From the IMG/VR virus record IMGVR_UViG_3300050029_000088, positions 1 through 63,489 of that record: DNA of 63,489 nt. One strand, written 5' to 3'. Under the pieces are notes generated by a model that was not told the DNA's origin, ran no database searches, and was given only the letters and a program-made list of their open reading frames with translations. The position numbers and the translations under genes were made by a program. Shown piece after piece: positions 61,317 to 63,489 of the stretch. Within the stretch, counting starts at the first letter, position 1; each line of letters starts with the position of its first letter. This stretch comes from a virus (Duplodnaviria; Caudoviricetes).

Positions 61317-61698
61317 AGTCGCACTCATCCTGAGCACCCGGCTCAAGGAGCCGAAGCTCATTCAGATCGACGGCGAGGACTTCTCGCTTCTCGGCGTCGA
61401 CCATCTCACTCCGACCGAGGAGTCGGAGGTCATGGCGCTGTTCGCCCGCTACGGCTACAAGGCAGCCGAACTCGACGCGCAGCCGAACGTCGCCAAAGGC
61501 AAGGTGCTGGCCGACGCGATGAAGGAGACTCGCATCGTGCTCATCACCAAGCTGACGGACATCCCGAAGGCGGTCGCGCTCAAGCTGCCGCTCTCGCAGC
61601 AGGTCGTGCTCCTTGAGACGATCCAGGCGCAGGTGCAGGCCGTCGAGGACGGCGACGATACACCGGATGAGGACGAGCCGGAGGATGGCACGAGCTAG
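61306..61698 (+). CDS. tail assembly chaperone
   Basis: Between tail tube and tape measure genes; IQIDGEDFSL. Confidence 0.7.
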   Translation: MEREVALILSTRLKEPKLIQIDGEDFSLLGVDHLTPTEESEVMALFARYGYKAAELDAQPNVAKGKVLADAMKETRIVLITKLTDIPKAVALKLPLSQQVVLLETIQAQVQAVEDGDDTPDEDEPEDGTS

Positions 61699-62077
61699 CC
61701 TCCGTGACTGGCCCCGCCTGACTCGCTTCTACGGGATCGGCCCGAGCGAGCTTGCCAGCCTTCCCCACGCCGTCATCACTATGTACGCCGAGCAACTCCA
61801 AGAGATTCAGGCGGAGGAGCTTGAGCTTGCCATCATGGTGAGCGATATGCCCCACGCCGAGGAGAAGGATCGCAAGTCGGTCTTCCGACGCATCTCGCGT
61901 CTCACGCAACCCGATCCCCCCGCGCCCGAGCCCCGGCGACGGTTCCGCCGCGCCCGGCCCGCCACGGGCGAGGAGAAGGCCGCAGGGCCAATCAATGAGC
62001 AGGCGGCAGCAGCGTTCGGATTCCAGGTCGTGCGCGGCGACCGGAAGCCGCCTGAGCCCAAGAAAGAAGCGGGGTAG
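61685..62077 (+). CDS. second tail assembly chaperone ORF
   Basis: PRLTRFYGIGPSELASLP motif; position. Confidence 0.65.
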   Translation: MARASLRDWPRLTRFYGIGPSELASLPHAVITMYAEQLQEIQAEELELAIMVSDMPHAEEKDRKSVFRRISRLTQPDPPAPEPRRRFRRARPATGEEKAAGPINEQAAAAFGFQVVRGDRKPPEPKKEAG

Positions 62078-62086
62078 AGTCTACTC

Positions 62087-62596
62087 ATGCCCGGAACGAT
62101 CTACGCACTCAGACAAGGCAGCGAAATCCGCTATGTCGGCAAGACGACGGGAGACATCACCCTGCGTCTGCGACAGCATCTACAGGCTGCCGCACGAGGG
62201 GCACACACGTACGTTGCGCGGTGGCTCCGCTCTGCGAAAGATGTAGAGGTAGTCGTGCTCGAATGCGACCCTCCGGGCGGGCTCGACGCAGCCGAGCGGG
62301 CGTGGATCGCGCACTTGCGCGACATAGGATGTCAGCTCACAAATCTGACAGACGGCGGGGACGGTATGGTGCCGGGCGAGCTTGCACGCGAGGCAGGGCG
62401 CAAGGGCGGGATCGCTCTACGAGGCAAGCCAAAGTCCCCGGAACATCGCGCCAAGATTGCCGCCGCGCTCCGAGGAACCACACACTCTCACATGACGCCC
62501 GAGGTTCGAGAGAAGATCGGGAAAGCCAACACGGGGGATTGTTGCACTTGTCGTAGTAACCGACAGTGCGCTTTCTGTCTGAGACAGGTGAACTAA
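62087..62596 (+). CDS. GIY-YIG endonuclease with NUMOD3-like repeats
   Basis: GTIYAL..IRYVGKT..R..H, E..WI..LTNLTDGGDG, KSPEHRAKI. Confidence 0.88.
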   Translation: MPGTIYALRQGSEIRYVGKTTGDITLRLRQHLQAAARGAHTYVARWLRSAKDVEVVVLECDPPGGLDAAERAWIAHLRDIGCQLTNLTDGGDGMVPGELAREAGRKGGIALRGKPKSPEHRAKIAAALRGTTHSHMTPEVREKIGKANTGDCCTCRSNRQCAFCLRQVN

Positions 62597-62597
62597 G

Positions 62598-63489
62598 ATT
62601 CCTGAACTGGGCAAGGCCACGTATGAGCTTGTCTTCAACACGTCGCAGGTGCAGAAGATGGCAAGCGCGGACGCCCGCGTGGACGCCGCCACCAAGTCCA
62701 TCGCGGCGTCCGTCGGCATGGCCGACCGGCAACTCTCCCTGTTCGGGGAGACGAGCGCCGTCGTCGCGGGCGAGGTCACAGCCGCGAGCGGCGAGATGCA
62801 GGGCGCGATGGAGAAGACCGGCGCAGCGTCGACCGCTGAGTCTGACGCGGTAGCCGCGTCCAACGCGAAGATCGGAGCAAGCTCGCGGGCGAGCGCGGGT
62901 GCGGTTGCGGCCTCCTCGGGGCGCATCCGCAAGAGCTTCGCCTCGATGGCGGAGTCGGGTCGCGCAAGCTGGAAGATGCTCGGCATGGGCGTGGCCGGGG
63001 TCGGCGCACTCGCGCTGTTCGGCGGCTACAAGGAGTTGAAACTAGAGAATCAGGGGCTCGCCGGAATCCACTCCGCGATGCAGTCCAACAAGAATCTCGC
63101 ATGGGCCAGCGTGCCCGTGCTCACGGCGCTCGCCAACTCCTTCGAGAAGAACGGTATCGAGTCGCGCGGCGCGGCGATGGGTATGGAGTCACTCCTCCTG
63201 CGCTACCCGATGATCCGCAACGAGGCGGGCAAGGGCAACGACATCCTCAATAAGACCGTGATCGCGCTGCGCGAGGTCGACGCCGGTATGCAGATCGCAG
63301 GCCGCAACGTCAAGCTCCCGCAGTTGGCGATCATGTTCGGTCGCGCCCTGACCGACCCGGCGAAGGGACTCTCGGCCCTCGGCCGCGCGGGTGTCCGTTT
63401 CACCGCCGGGCAGCAGGCTGTCATCAAGGCGCTCATCGCCGCGAAGAAGCCGCTACAGGCGCAGCGGTTCATGGTCGATACCGTCATCA
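62598..63489 (+). CDS. tape measure protein (5' part, runs off the window)
   Basis: Open frame ELGKATYELVF..., Ala/Ser-rich, GRALTDPAKGLSALGRAGVRFT motif; start apparently non-canonical. Confidence 0.85.
   Translation, partial: MPELGKATYELVFNTSQVQKMASADARVDAATKSIAASVGMADRQLSLFGETSAVVAGEVTAASGEMQGAMEKTGAASTAESDAVAASNAKIGASSRASAGAVAASSGRIRKSFASMAESGRASWKMLGMGVAGVGALALFGGYKELKLENQGLAGIHSAMQSNKNLAWASVPVLTALANSFEKNGIESRGAAMGMESLLLRYPMIRNEAGKGNDILNKTVIALREVDAGMQIAGRNVKLPQLAIMFGRALTDPAKGLSALGRAGVRFTAGQQAVIKALIAAKKPLQAQRFMVDTVI

Noticed and set aside
61640-61700. Programmed -1 frameshift between the tail chaperones
   Set aside because: The second ORF is in the +1 frame with its own ATG, and no XXXYYYZ slippery heptamer is visible near the stop.

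Overview
A GC-rich (~68%) tailed-phage (siphovirus-like) genome segment. The host is probably an actinomycete; this is inferred from pervasive leaderless TANNNT promoters, an LPxTG sorting peptide and tRNAs lacking encoded CCA. The left arm (1-12.7 kb, minus strand) is a replication/early module: family-A DNA polymerase, Rnl2-type RNA ligase, dNMP kinase, sigma-70 factor, DUF932, a RelA/SpoT-type HD hydrolase and a CHC2-TOPRIM-ATPase primase/helicase. An AT-rich putative origin follows. Virion genes are scattered: XkdF-like head protein at 16 kb, collagen fibre and tail-like genes at 18-30 kb, lysis-like genes at 31-34 kb, scaffold and capsid at 47-48.6 kb, head-tail/tail genes at 55-63 kb. 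They are interleaved with small early genes, six glycosyltransferases, a DNA methyltransferase and seven free-standing homing-endonuclease-like genes. No terminase large subunit or portal is recognisable in the window. The most striking content is non-coding: (i) a ~1.7-kb, promoter-driven, ORF-poor region on the minus strand (36149->34445) with dense long-range pairing, ending in a tRNA-like module; (ii) immediately after it, an 80-nt tmRNA reduced to its tRNA-like domain, with no tag reading frame; (iii) two more structured RNA candidates at 23.9-24.5 kb; (iv) an anticodon-less tRNA-like gene; (v) tRNA-Met and tRNA-Gln. A palindromic CCCTC-N4-GAGGG box sits at a fixed distance upstream of a GATACT -10 element at seven sites, including the promoter of the large RNA. 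All calls come from reading motifs by eye; no database searches or folding programs were run.
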